Shown here in pieces: positions 52,607 to 64,000 of a stretch of 64,000 nucleotides of DNA (the first letter of the stretch is position 1; each line of letters starts with the position of its first letter). Source of the stretch: Macrostomum lignano (lineage: Eukaryota). The stretch lies in contig NIVC01003935.1 in NCBI GenBank assembly GCA_002269645.1, positions 1 to 64,000 on the forward strand. Direction: 5' to 3'. Both the position numbers and the translations under genes were made by a program. The notes under the pieces were generated by a model. The model saw nothing but the letters and a program-made list of their open reading frames with translations. It made no database searches and had not been told where the DNA came from.

Positions 52607-53664
52607 TATCTAATTTAATAGTACTGTTTCCACAGATTCTTTCTTAGCATCCTAACTGAAGATCTCTATTTCTTGCATCAAATTTAAATCATGGTTTGAG
52701 TAATTATTTTTTTAAGTATTGAAAGTAGCAGTATTTTACAATAATAGTTTTAATTCAATACTATAACTCAATACAATACTACAAAAAGACTATCTATGCA
52801 TTAAAAAATTAAACTGCCTAAACTAAAAGGATTGCAATTCCAAACAAAAACCAATTTATAAAGCTAAGTCATGCTTAGAAATTATTAAGATGTTAAAATC
52901 ATGTTAAAATCATAAAATATGTACATTCTTATGTTTAAAGGGCAATAGGCATAAACATCTAGCTAAAATCTCTATTAGGTTGGGCCCTTGAATAAATGGC
53001 ATAGTGGTTTTGTCTATTGGTAGGATAAAACTATTGTTCAAACAAACAAATAAGACACCCTATTGGAATAAATGTTGAAAACCCATGGATGCGCACTTTA
53101 GAAAAGAGTCAAACTATTTTACTGCGCTTTAGGATTATTAGAGATGTTCCATTTCATTGAAATCAAAATTTGCTAGCTTTCCAAAATTGAAATTGAAATT
53201 TTCTGAAATCAAACTTCAGAAAAACAAAGTTTAGTATGACCAACACTAACTTTTTTACTTTTAATTTACTGCTTATGCAAAACAAAATACATGTATATGT
53301 AGCAGAATTAGTCTATTTAAATGACTTTTTAGACACTTCCAAAATTTTGACTTCTAAATTTTTTTCAAAATTGAAATTTGCTTTTTAAAAATTCAAATTT
53401 TGGAAAATGAAATTGAAATTTCAGAACTTCTCCTAAGCTTTATAAATTATGAGTGTATAGGCCCTTTCCACAGAGGTATTAGACCCCTTTACATGTATAT
53501 GTATTTGCTAGAGCAGCAGCTAGCAAAAAAACGCAATGCACGCGCAGGCACTACATGCCTGTGCACACATTGCACTTTAGAAAAAATTTCAAAAGTGCAC
53601 TGGATGCCACCTGCAATTTTACTTTTTCCTGTAGAGATAGGACACAAGTCTAAAAAATATAGTA

Positions 53665-54979
53665 CGAGGGTTGTTCGGAAAGTCCACGATCAAACATGCA
53701 TATCTTTTTTTAGTCACTACTTTGTCTTGAAACTTTATACCATAGACAAATATCATACCCTCAATGTTTTAAATCAAGAGTGGTCTTGTTTGAGCCAGGA
53801 ATTTCCTTCTTGCAGTGTTTTTTGTCACACACGAATTCCATCACTATGCTGAATAACAAAGAAGCAAAGCAAAGTTTCATTTGGTTTTTGTGGAAACAAG
53901 GAAAGTGACAGGCAGAAATTCTTTGCGAGTTGCAAGCAACGTATGGCAAATGTGCACCATCAAAAACAATGGTCAACAAGTGGGTTCAGCATTTTGAAGA
54001 TGGCTGGGAGACAGTCAATGACCTTCCACGGAGTGGCCAACCTGCCACCATGGTCAACAGGTTAAACATTGAGCTTGTGCATTGTGCTCCGGATGTTGAC
54101 TGCCGAGCTACAATGCGAGAGTTGTTAACCATTACTGGCATCTCATCAACAACCTTTTATTCAATCAAAAATCCTGATGGTTGAGCACTGTATGTCACGT
54201 GTTGTTGCTCGTTGGGTCCCAAAACTTCTGACTGACCAGCAGCAGCGAGAGCAGGTCCAGGTGTGTTGGCAGCTCCTTTAGTCATATTGTAGTGATCCCA
54301 ACTTTTTGGACCAGATTATGACTGGGGATGAATCTTGGTTTCATTATAGTGAGCTAGAGTCCAAGATGCAGAGCAGTGTGTAGAAGGCCAGCCATGAGCC
54401 CACACCTGTAAGGCCCTGACAGCACCTTTAGCTGGCAAGCAAATGGCCACCATCTTCTGGGACAAGGAGGGTATTCTGCTCATCAAATGGCTTCCTCATG
54501 GTGCCACAATAAACAGTGAGTACTATATCCAAGTCCTGCAGAAGTTGTGTGAAACCATCAAGGCCCAGCAGTGTGGCAAGCTGAGCTGTGGTATCCTGCT
54601 ATCTGCTTCAGCACAACAATGCCAGGCCGCATACTAGCTAGGCAACAATGGCTGCCATTTCAGACCTAGGCTTTGAGGTGCTACCACACCTACCCTACTC
54701 ACTGGACCTTGCACCCAGTGACTTCTGCCTTTTTGAAATGATGAAAAAACCCTCCGAGGTACAGCTCTCTACAGACCCTGGCATTGGCCATCAGCCAGTG
54801 GGTCAGGGGGTCACCTGCCAATTTCTATGCTGCCAGCATCAAGAAGTTGTCTGAGAGGTAGCTCAAGTGCATAAGCTTCAAGGGTGCCTACGTTGAGAAG
54901 CAGGAAGATTAGCGTTACATTTGTTCTATCCGTTAAACTGTTAGAGGTGTTTGATTGCGGACTTTCCAAACAACCCTTG
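53665..54979 (+). mobile_element. Near full-length (about 1.3-kb) mariner DD34D-type element, pseudogenised
   Basis: TA|CGAGGGTTGTTCGGAAAGTCC ... GGACTTTCCAAACAACCCTTG|TA. Motifs RWVPKLL, IMTGDESWFHY, MATIFWDKEGILLIKWLPHGATINSEYY, HLPYSLDLAPSDFCLF; stops and frameshifts. Confidence 0.93.
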
Positions 54980-56728
54980 TATATTGATTAACATTTTGGA
55001 AAATGGCATTTGGCATAAACTAGCTTGATAATGCCACAGTATAGTGGTCTAACATGGTGTGGCAGCATGGTATGATGGCAAGGTAGATAGATGTATAGCA
55101 GCAGCTAAGGTTAGCCTATCAAATGATGCCCCCCCCCTTAGTCTAACACGTATAGTTAATATAGTTAATTTTGTTATCTAGTATACTTATACTATATGTT
55201 GAAATGCAATACTATATTATAACCAATTGCCTTTATTGCAAATAGCATTTGGCAAAAATTAGCCCCTAACAATATAAGTAGTCTGGCAAAGGAAAGGGTG
55301 ACATCTAATGCAGTTCAGACCTTGGCTGCAATAGGGTTGCAATGTAGACAAGTCTTAGTTACATAACCCTAGGCCAATAAAATAAACCTTATAAAAGAAA
55401 ATTAAAAATATATTTTACTTTTTAAAATGAATGTTTTATAAATAATATATTAATATATTTATTCTACTTTTTGTTTATATATAAAGTAATGTTAGGCCTA
55501 ATTTCTAATATAAAGTACATTTTAGAATCTACAAACAAATATATAGTCTTATGGCTATAAAAATAGGCCTATTAGAGTATTTATTCTTATACTTTTATTG
55601 CATTTATTTTATTTTTAAACATTTTAAGATAAAAAATGCTTAGGAAGATCCTACAAAGACTTAAATTTAAATAGTCTATTATCATCAATTATGAATGAAT
55701 AAATGTTATTATTTTGGTTGACGGTCATTTTGTCTGCCGCCTTTTTGTCTGCCAATATACGATATAGTTGTTTCGTCTACCAATATATATAATATATAAA
55801 TCAGAATAACTAATTATGTCATCAAGCTTCGCATGGAAGTGTAATGTAAATGTCTTATTAATTGTAATTTATTATAATGCTAGGATTTTTCTGAAAGTTC
55901 CAGAGCTAAAATGTTGCATATAAATACACAAAGCCAGAAGCAAATATCTCCAATTGTTTAGTTTCCTTCCAACTTTCTTTTTACAAATAATTGCAAATTT
56001 TTTAAAATTGTAAAACTTTGTAAATTGTAAATTGTAAAATTGTAAAAAATTTTTACAAATTACGCATGCGTCCATGGTGAAAAAATTATCGATAACACCA
56101 CTTTCTCAGAAAATAACTTCGCATCGATGCATTAGGTCCATGGTCAGGAAGGTGCAGCGTGTGCGCCGGAATAACATCCATCAAAATTTTTGTTGTGCGC
56201 CGCGTGCGCCGAGAAAAAAAAATTACTTGTGCGCCCCATGCGCCGAGAAAAATACACTTGAAAAAGCACCATCAAGTATTAAGTATCTAAATTGAATCAA
56301 TATCAATGGAAGTTCAAGCAGTTCAATCATGGCTTCTATTTGCAAAATATAAGCAAAAAGACGCAACAAAAGCCGCGAAAGGTGCAAATTTGTTAAGTTT
56401 GTTAAGTCGATTAATGAAATTTGAAATAGAAACAACATTGGAAATAACGACTATCGTGATGACTATCGTTCATTTTATTGATTGATTGACATTTAATATA
56501 CGTTTTTTTATTATTCATTATTATATTGTCACGTACACTGACATACCTTGTGCGCCATGCGCCGAGCCATGCACCGATGCACCAAGCCATGCGCCGATGC
56601 GCCGAGCCCATGCGCGCGGCGCAGTGAAGTGTGCGCCGTACACCGGCAAATTGCTGATTTGCGCCGGAAAATTCCGAGGATTCTACCGTCTTCCTGGCTG
56701 TGGCATTAGGTTAGGTTAGTTAGGTTTC

Positions 56729-59700
56729 CAGTGCTGGGCATTAACTAGTTAATTGTTTAACTAGTTAATTAACTAGTTAATTTTTTTTAAAAATCGTTAA
56801 ATTTTCGTTTAATTTTTTATGTAATAACTAGTTAACAAAAATCATTAATTTTTTTCTGTAAGTTAAAGTTAAATGACAAAAGTTAATAATTCCGGGAAAT
56901 GGAGTTCCCCGGGTTCAAAATCCGCGGGTTTGAACAGCTTGTATGCCATTAAAAAGTAAAATTAATACATCTTTCTAAGCATTATTTAATGCGTCACAAA
57001 CTATTACATGTATATATTTCAAATACAAGTTATAATGTATAGAATATTCCGGAAGATTCTGGAATCTTCAACTATTATCTATTGATATTCTACCCAAGGA
57101 CTACTAGAAGTTATCGTTGTACATAGGGATGTCGATTCCCCAGGGAATTTTCTTATCGGGGACCTGGGGAATTTACTGTCATTCCCGGGGACCCTGGGGA
57201 CCCCGGGGAAAAAAATAAGTAAAAAACAGCGGATAACTTAGATCTTTATAAGTCACTAAGTGGCATTTTTTAAACTTTGATTAAAGCTTTGGATGGACTA
57301 CATATTCAAGGCGCAAGGGTAAAAACTTTAAGCAATGTTTGTTTGAAACTGTATTTGACAACATGGCATCACCAAATTGTGTGCGCACCTTTATCAGAAA
57401 GGGTCCAGACTCCGGAGGCGGAAAATGCATACTCAGCAGCTGCACTCGTGGGAGGATAATTAATGAATGAGACTGTTTTTATAATCGGAATTTTAATTTC
57501 TTGCAGATACATGTAAATCACCATTTTGTCCTGTCTAATACGGAGTATTTTGTTATTGTATGACACCCCCCTATGCGTCAGTGACTGACACAGGATATGG
57601 CGCTGTGCCTGCGTCAAATGTGTCAAGCCGTCAACGTAGACCAACACAATAGTCAGTAAGGCTTCTTTTTCCTGACAGGTTTCTACGCTCGTACATTCAA
57701 TTTGCTTGATTGAAAGACTCATAATGAAAAAAAAACATTCAAACAGGTCGCTAATTTCATAAGACCGAAATTTCACAATGCCAAAAATTCTACATGCAAT
57801 ACAATCCTTATTGTAAAGTTTTCTACAACGTGAAATTTTGGTCTTATGAAGTTTTGGTCTTGTGAAGTATGGTGTTTCGGCGTTGTGAAATTTAGGTCTT
57901 ATGAACCCCCCCCATTCAAACGTGTGTTGTGTTTGAAATAATACATTGAAATAAGCAGTTTTGTGGTAAAAAAGCATAGACAGAGTTTCAATCAGCTTTC
58001 TGTGAATGATTTTCTTATTTAAATGGCAAAAATTTAGTTAAAAATGCTTTTTTTTCTCCCCAGGGTCCCCGGTCTAATTCCCAGGGGAGTATTCCCTGAC
58101 AAGCTCCCCAGGGCGCCGCAACCTGGCCACAGCCACGCCACGCCGACCTGAAATTTAAAAAACATACCAAACACATGTCCAGGAAAATGTCACTTTTTCT
58201 GTTAAGGAATTATTAACTTTAACTTTTAACTTTTCAGAAGTTAAATTTTGGGCAAAAGTTAAATAATTAACTAGTTACAGTTAATTTTTTTGGAGCAATT
58301 AAATTAACTTATAACTTCCCAGTAAAAAAGGGTAGTCGGAATCCGATCGGAATGTCCGGTCGGAATTTGTCAGCAAAGTGGCTCGTGCAATCCGGTCGTT
58401 TTCTAGTCGGAGTTTTCCGATCGGAATGTGACGCTAATATCCGACTAAATTACGATTAGGTTGTATTTTTCAGAATTTGCTTTTGCATCGGCTAGCTTGC
58501 GTAAAAAATAAACAAATCGGTTTTCAAAGTGCTTAGCAAAATAATACATTATTTAAAATATTATTCTGCTTGAAGAGTGAAGCACAATAATGATTGGCTA
58601 TTTAATTTACTCAATGCATTGTATATTATGCAATTATAAAGATTACAGTAAGCAATTTCTGCACAACACGTCAAGAGAGTAATTGTATTACACGTGGATG
58701 CAAGGAAACATCAAGAAAGAGCATAATAATAATGCAATATATGCAGAAAATGAGTGCCGAAAACAAATAATAAAATACAGAAAACAAATGCAGAATAATA
58801 CAATAATATGATTGATGAACAACACATGAATGCAAAAAGCTAGCTAGCTAGATAAATGTTGTGAACCAAACGGCTGCATTATCAGTCAGCGAACTTACAG
58901 CCAGAGTCAGCACATGGTTTGTCATCACAGGTGGCGGCAGAGGCGCTTCATTGTCGCAATTGCTTCCCCCACTGACACTCCACAAATGTTGGTCTGGAGC
59001 TCTTGCACTTTCAGACGCCATCGCAGAAGCTCTAAATGGCCTTTGATGCAATCCAGAGAACTCGGAGGATATGGTCCTGCATTGAATAATTTAGAGAGTT
59101 AATGGCATGATCAGCAGACCAGTTGGGCACCTTCACTGTCATTAGAAAGATTTGGAAATAAAAAATAAGGAGAATAGTTGTCTTCAGGCAAGGCAAGAAA
59201 AAACTTGACATTTGCAATCTTTAAAACTGGTATAAAAGCAATTGGAATATATACTATAAGAATAAAAACACAAAGAACACATACCCTTGAAGATCTCGCC
59301 AAAGTATGCTTGTACATATTCAAAGACATTTGATCTTTGATCCTTGTTAGCTAGGCCTAGTCAGCTCTTCCAGGATCCTTTTCCCCAGTCTTGAACTGAA
59401 CCTAGAGATCCCATCCATTATGTAGCAAACAGACTGTGGCACCTTTGCACTAATGCACCACATCTAGACCAGCAGTGTCTGAAATAGAAGCAGAAGCCAT
59501 TGATAAGATAATAATACAAGCTGTAGCATGCTTAGTAAAGCTAGAACTAGGGGCCTAGTCTTAGTCTAAAAGTGCTCTATGATAACTAAGAGAAATAATA
59601 TAAACAATAAAAAATTAATACTAGCATAATCAAAATGTACAATCATATTTACTATTATAAATAATGTATTCTAAGGATATAATGTCCTGAGTATTTTTTA

Positions 59701-61572
59701 TCTTATTGACCTGTTGTCTATTTGAACTTTCATTTGACATTGAGATATATAGTACTTTATTTATCTAAATATACTAAATCTTAATATTTCTAAAGGCAAA
59801 ATTAAAAGACCAAATTATTCTAAGTCTTAGCTAGGGTCCGGATTGTGTAATAGTGTATGCTAGAACAAGAATCTTATCTTAGCTAAATGTATGCCAGTGT
59901 ATGCCAAAAACAAAAAAATCATTAAAATGTAAACTAAAAAAGCCTCCTAAAAAGGTCATTTGGTTTTCACAAGTTGAGTTTCCTAAGAAAGGTTTTTGTA
60001 TGAAAAGTATTCTTTAAAATATTATACATATTTTCATTTTAGACAAACTTGATTGTACCTATAAAAATAATGATGCAACATTTACATTTTAATAATAATT
60101 TTACTACTCTAAATCATTTTTAATTATAAAGAAGTAGAAAGTTTATTATTAATTTCTTGAGTATACAAATATTTCTTTATTTTACATAAAAACATTAATT
60201 TACATTGAAATTTTCATGCTCAACATAAATTTATTCACCAAAAGTTGTAGGCCAAAAATGGATGTGAATTTGTATACCAAAATTTGTATGCCAAAAAATG
60301 TATAAATTATACACCAAAATTTGTATGCCAACTTTAAAATGAGTCAGTTGACATTTGCATATCCAAATTTTCTGACATACATGTAACATTCCAGGGTCTA
60401 GAGTCTTAGTTTAATTAGAGTTCTAGAGTTCTAAGCATAGAAATGTTTTATAAGCAAGTGTAAATAGCTATTGACATGTGGCCTATATTATTTACTTACT
60501 AGGCCTAGTCTATAAATAATAAGTTAATAATTCTTCATTATAATACTAAAAAGAAAGTCTTATCTAAAAGCAAATTATAATATACAATTGTAAACTATAG
60601 ACATTATTCAATTACTTTGCTTAAATGCCTTAGCCTAAACAAATGTCTATTGATTGTTAGGTATATTGAGTAAACCTAATAAGACACACTAAATGTCTAA
60701 AGTAAGTTTAACTAGGGCCTGGCCAAGGCCTTATATTTTTAGATTCAATGACTAAAAGCCTAAAACTAGGTAGTATTAATTTCATATATAAGAAAAACAA
60801 GGTATAAGTTGTAGTTGTAGTTAAATGAAAATACTGCTTTAAAGACAATCTTGAGAAAAATGTGTAGCAAAATAGGCTAGGCCTAGACCCTAGTAAAGTA
60901 GGAATTGCAATAGGAGTAGGCCTAGGAGTATTGCAATTAGCAATAATTAATAAGATAGTGGTTAGGCATTAAGTAGGTTTTTAATAACAAGGTTTTTAAT
61001 TTTAATTTAGTAATATTTTTGCCAGTGCCAGTGCTAGTGCCAGTGGAAAGACGCTATAAGCAAAAATATAACGAAAAGGTTATATAGAGAGGAAGGTAAA
61101 AAATAAATCGCTTTTTAAATACTTTCGATATAAATTGGATGGCCAGCATTTTTTTGTGGCATCAAAACAAAAACTGAATTATTGTAGTAATTTTTTGTAT
61201 CATAAAGGTATATTCTGCACATTCTGGCAATACATAAAAGCAAGAAAACACGTTTAGTACAGCACATGCGTTATGAATATGGCTGTATCGGAAAGTAGGA
61301 AGAAAAATGAGTACAAATTCCGATCGGAAGAAGAAGAGATGGTTTCCGACTATTTTCCGATTGCGCAAATATAGCTCGAAAAACATTTTATTGTATTTTT
61401 TATGCTTATTATCATAGTAACGTGTTATATAAAACAAAATATTGTGGTTTAAACCTTTTCCGGCAAATTCCGACTGCCGATTAAATTCCGATCAGATTCC
61501 AATCGAATTCCGACTACCCTTTTTTACTGGGTTTTAACGAGTTAAAAAAATTGATTAACTTGCCCAGCACTG
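56729..61572 (-). mobile_element. Non-autonomous hAT-like element (outer), split by the nested insertion at 58318-61531
   Basis: Terminal inverted CAGTGCTGGGCA (56729) / TGCCCAGCACTG (61572); TTAACTAGTTAA-type subterminal repeats; remnant hAT dimerisation motif PPTSAAAEYAFSASG near 57410-57455. No 8-bp TSD visible. Confidence 0.6.
58318..61531. mobile_element. Non-autonomous CACTA/EnSpm-like DNA transposon
   Basis: Perfect 25-bp TIR CCCAGTAAAAAAGGGTAGTCGGAAT (58318-58342 and 61507-61531), TT on both sides, clustered TCGGAAT/ATTCCGA subterminal repeats. No transposase recognised. Confidence 0.7.
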
Positions 61573-64000
61573 GGGGCTAATTGAGGAATGGGCCGGTAGT
61601 CTCCTCCGCCTCCACGCTGTATCCGTCGGTCGATGCCACCTCAAATTTGAGTTGGCAAACAAATAGTACTGTTTGACTATATTCGTTTTTAAACACATTT
61701 TTTTATGGCTGAATCCATCTAATTTTTGAATAGAATCAGCTAAGGCTTAGTACATTAAAACACAAAGAAATTTAATGAAGCTGGTTAGAACTCTTTAAAA
61801 ATAAATAATTGTGTATCTGTGCTAAATTTATTATAGCAAATATATCAACGTACTCAAAATAAAAGTAACCTTTGCTCTCGACTTTGATCATGCACAACTT
61901 TAAAACGAAACGGGCAAGCGTGCATGCCAGGTACTTTAACTAGTGCACAATGTAGCACGGTGCACACAATACAGGACAGGCTTTGTACAGTAGCTTCGTG
62001 CAGTGCAGCATAGTTCAGTGTAGGCTAACAAGCTAACATGTGGTGTTCTAACAGGCGGCCGTGTAAAGTAAGAAAATATTGCTAGAGCAGAGGCTTAGAT
62101 TTATGTAACCTAATTTATATTGTAAGTAATGATGAAATTAGAGATATATATAATGCGAACTCTTAGAGGAACTTGAGCTAATCACTGATCTGATAACACT
62201 TTTAATATCTCACCAGGATTTTTATTGTTAATGTTATTGAAGTAGGCCCATCATTCAAAATTAGGCTATAGAAGAATAGTATAGTATCTAGTACTAGTAT
62301 AGGCCCTAGTTTGGCTTTTGTCTTGCTAGGGCTTTAAATGTCATTTTTAAACAATTTTAAGTATTTTAATTTAAATGCTAACCAAATTATAGAACATGTC
62401 ATAAGCTCTAGTTATCATAATAAAGATGAAGCTTTAAATAATGTCTTTTAAGACTAATAAATAGGGCCTATATATAGGCCTAGGTCATAATTTTTTCAAA
62501 AGTTTATTTGTTATATCATAAGCTAAAAATTTCTAATGACAAATTTTGCAACTTATCATTGGTCTGTTAATTTATGCTTGGTAGATTAGCTAGATTAGCC
62601 AGAAATTGCGCTTATGCACATGGGATAAGCTGATAAGTAAACACTTGTTAAATAACTTAATATGATTATGTACTACATACTATGTTCATAATCATAATTA
62701 TAGATATAGGTCCCTAGCAATTTTAGTATCAATTATGTATAAGGCCTATGATAACTTTTTTTTTACCAGATATAGCATATATGCCTAGCTAAGGTTAAAT
62801 TATGTTTAGGTCTATTAGTTCTTTATAGCAATAAGAATACTATGCCATTTTCCACTTGTCAAACTATCAAAAGGGGATTTTTGACAATTTTGCTATATTA
62901 AAATAAAGCAATTCAGGCATATAAGATTTAAGAATATATGCTAACTGTTTTGTTAATATACCTTCTCAAATAAGAAGACTCAAGTTTGAAAAGTCTAGTT
63001 GCCAAACCTTAGACTATCAAAAATTAAGATAGGCCTATTCAATCTTCAATGATTCTGCTATAAGTAGAGGCCTATCTAGACTAGATATATTTTATTAATT
63101 ATAATTTTAGACAAAAAGCCTAACTATTTTTTGTATAATTTGATTTCATTTTTTCCTTATAAGTGCTAATATATTATTCAAAATGTTCTTATGCACCAAC
63201 CAGCATTATACCTTAGTGTAGCCTTGCCAAGCTTCTAATTTTATTAGCATATTATTTCCAAAGCAAGTGTTTGCATTTGCTCTGACTTTTTTCATATATA
63301 GGCCTACTCAACTCACCCGATTTGTAAGGTGGCCCATGTAATGCACTTGATTTACTAAAGTAAAAAGTAAATATAGTTTTACAAAAAGTAAAAAGTTGAT
63401 AACTTTTGTCATTCGCAACCAATGTTGACAAAATGTTAACACTATGTAATTTACTTTTTGACCAAAAATGTAACTTACTTAGGAAAAAAAGCCCTAAAGA
63501 AAAATTAATGCAATTTTGGTTAAATAAGAGGAGTAACTATTACTATTTTATATTAAGGCTAAATACCTCATTATCAAGGCCTAATTACTACTAAGTCTAT
63601 ATTTTTGGTATCCTTAGCTAGTCTTTAATCATTTTATTATTACCCTATTGCTATTTGGCACCTTCAACAGATGATACTAGACATATAAAATACAATTACA
63701 ATTAAAGTATGATAGCTATTACTTAAAACTCAACATATTGAAAAGTTTGTTTTGATTATAATGGTAATTTTATTTGATTTCATGTATACTTGGTAGTGTC
63801 AAAGGGCTGATTCTTCTGTCTCTTCAAATGATTCCATAGCTGTCACTAAAATTGTCAAAGGGCTAAATTCCTGTTATTATAAATTTTGGTAGCTGCCACC
63901 AGGATTATCCTATTAATAAATTATGAGTTTATCAATCTTAGAATAATCTGAGAAACATTTCTTAGAATTGATCTGAGTATATATCTTAGTATTTAGTCTG

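Noticed and set aside
56706-56727. (TTAGG)n telomere-like repeat
   Set aside because: Only about four imperfect units.
58318-61531. piggyBac assignment from CCC...GGG ends
   Set aside because: No TTAA duplication; flanks are TT and subterminal repeats fit CACTA-like elements better.

Overview
Repeat-rich eukaryotic (metazoan) genomic DNA with GT-AG spliceosomal introns. The compact GC-rich exons, abundant minisatellites and (GACA)n tracts are compatible with a free-living flatworm such as Macrostomum, but the species cannot be proven from sequence alone. Host genes rebuilt by hand: a 4-exon melatonin-receptor-like GPCR (minus, 8151-9498); an 8-exon GH31 alpha-glucosidase with signal peptide and trefoil domain (plus, 20651-32534); a 3-exon adenylosuccinate synthetase (minus, 37793-40103); and an atypical ASC-1/TRIP4-like gene (Q-rich repeats + C2HC5 zinc finger + ASCH; minus, 47263-52606) that may splice into two further exons encoding a tail-anchored helical protein (43335-44995). 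The most unusual object is an intronless Myb/MADF-like + PARP-family ADP-ribosyltransferase ORF with an intact H-Y-E triad. It is nested antisense in GH31 intron 1 and enclosed by two levels of inverted repeats. The rest is decayed mobile DNA (Gypsy, LINE, Harbinger, Crypton, mariner, Tc1-like, hAT, CACTA-like, a MITE, a tRNA-derived SINE family) and about a dozen minisatellite arrays, one seeded by the GH31 stop-codon region. All assignments are by eye; no searches were run.
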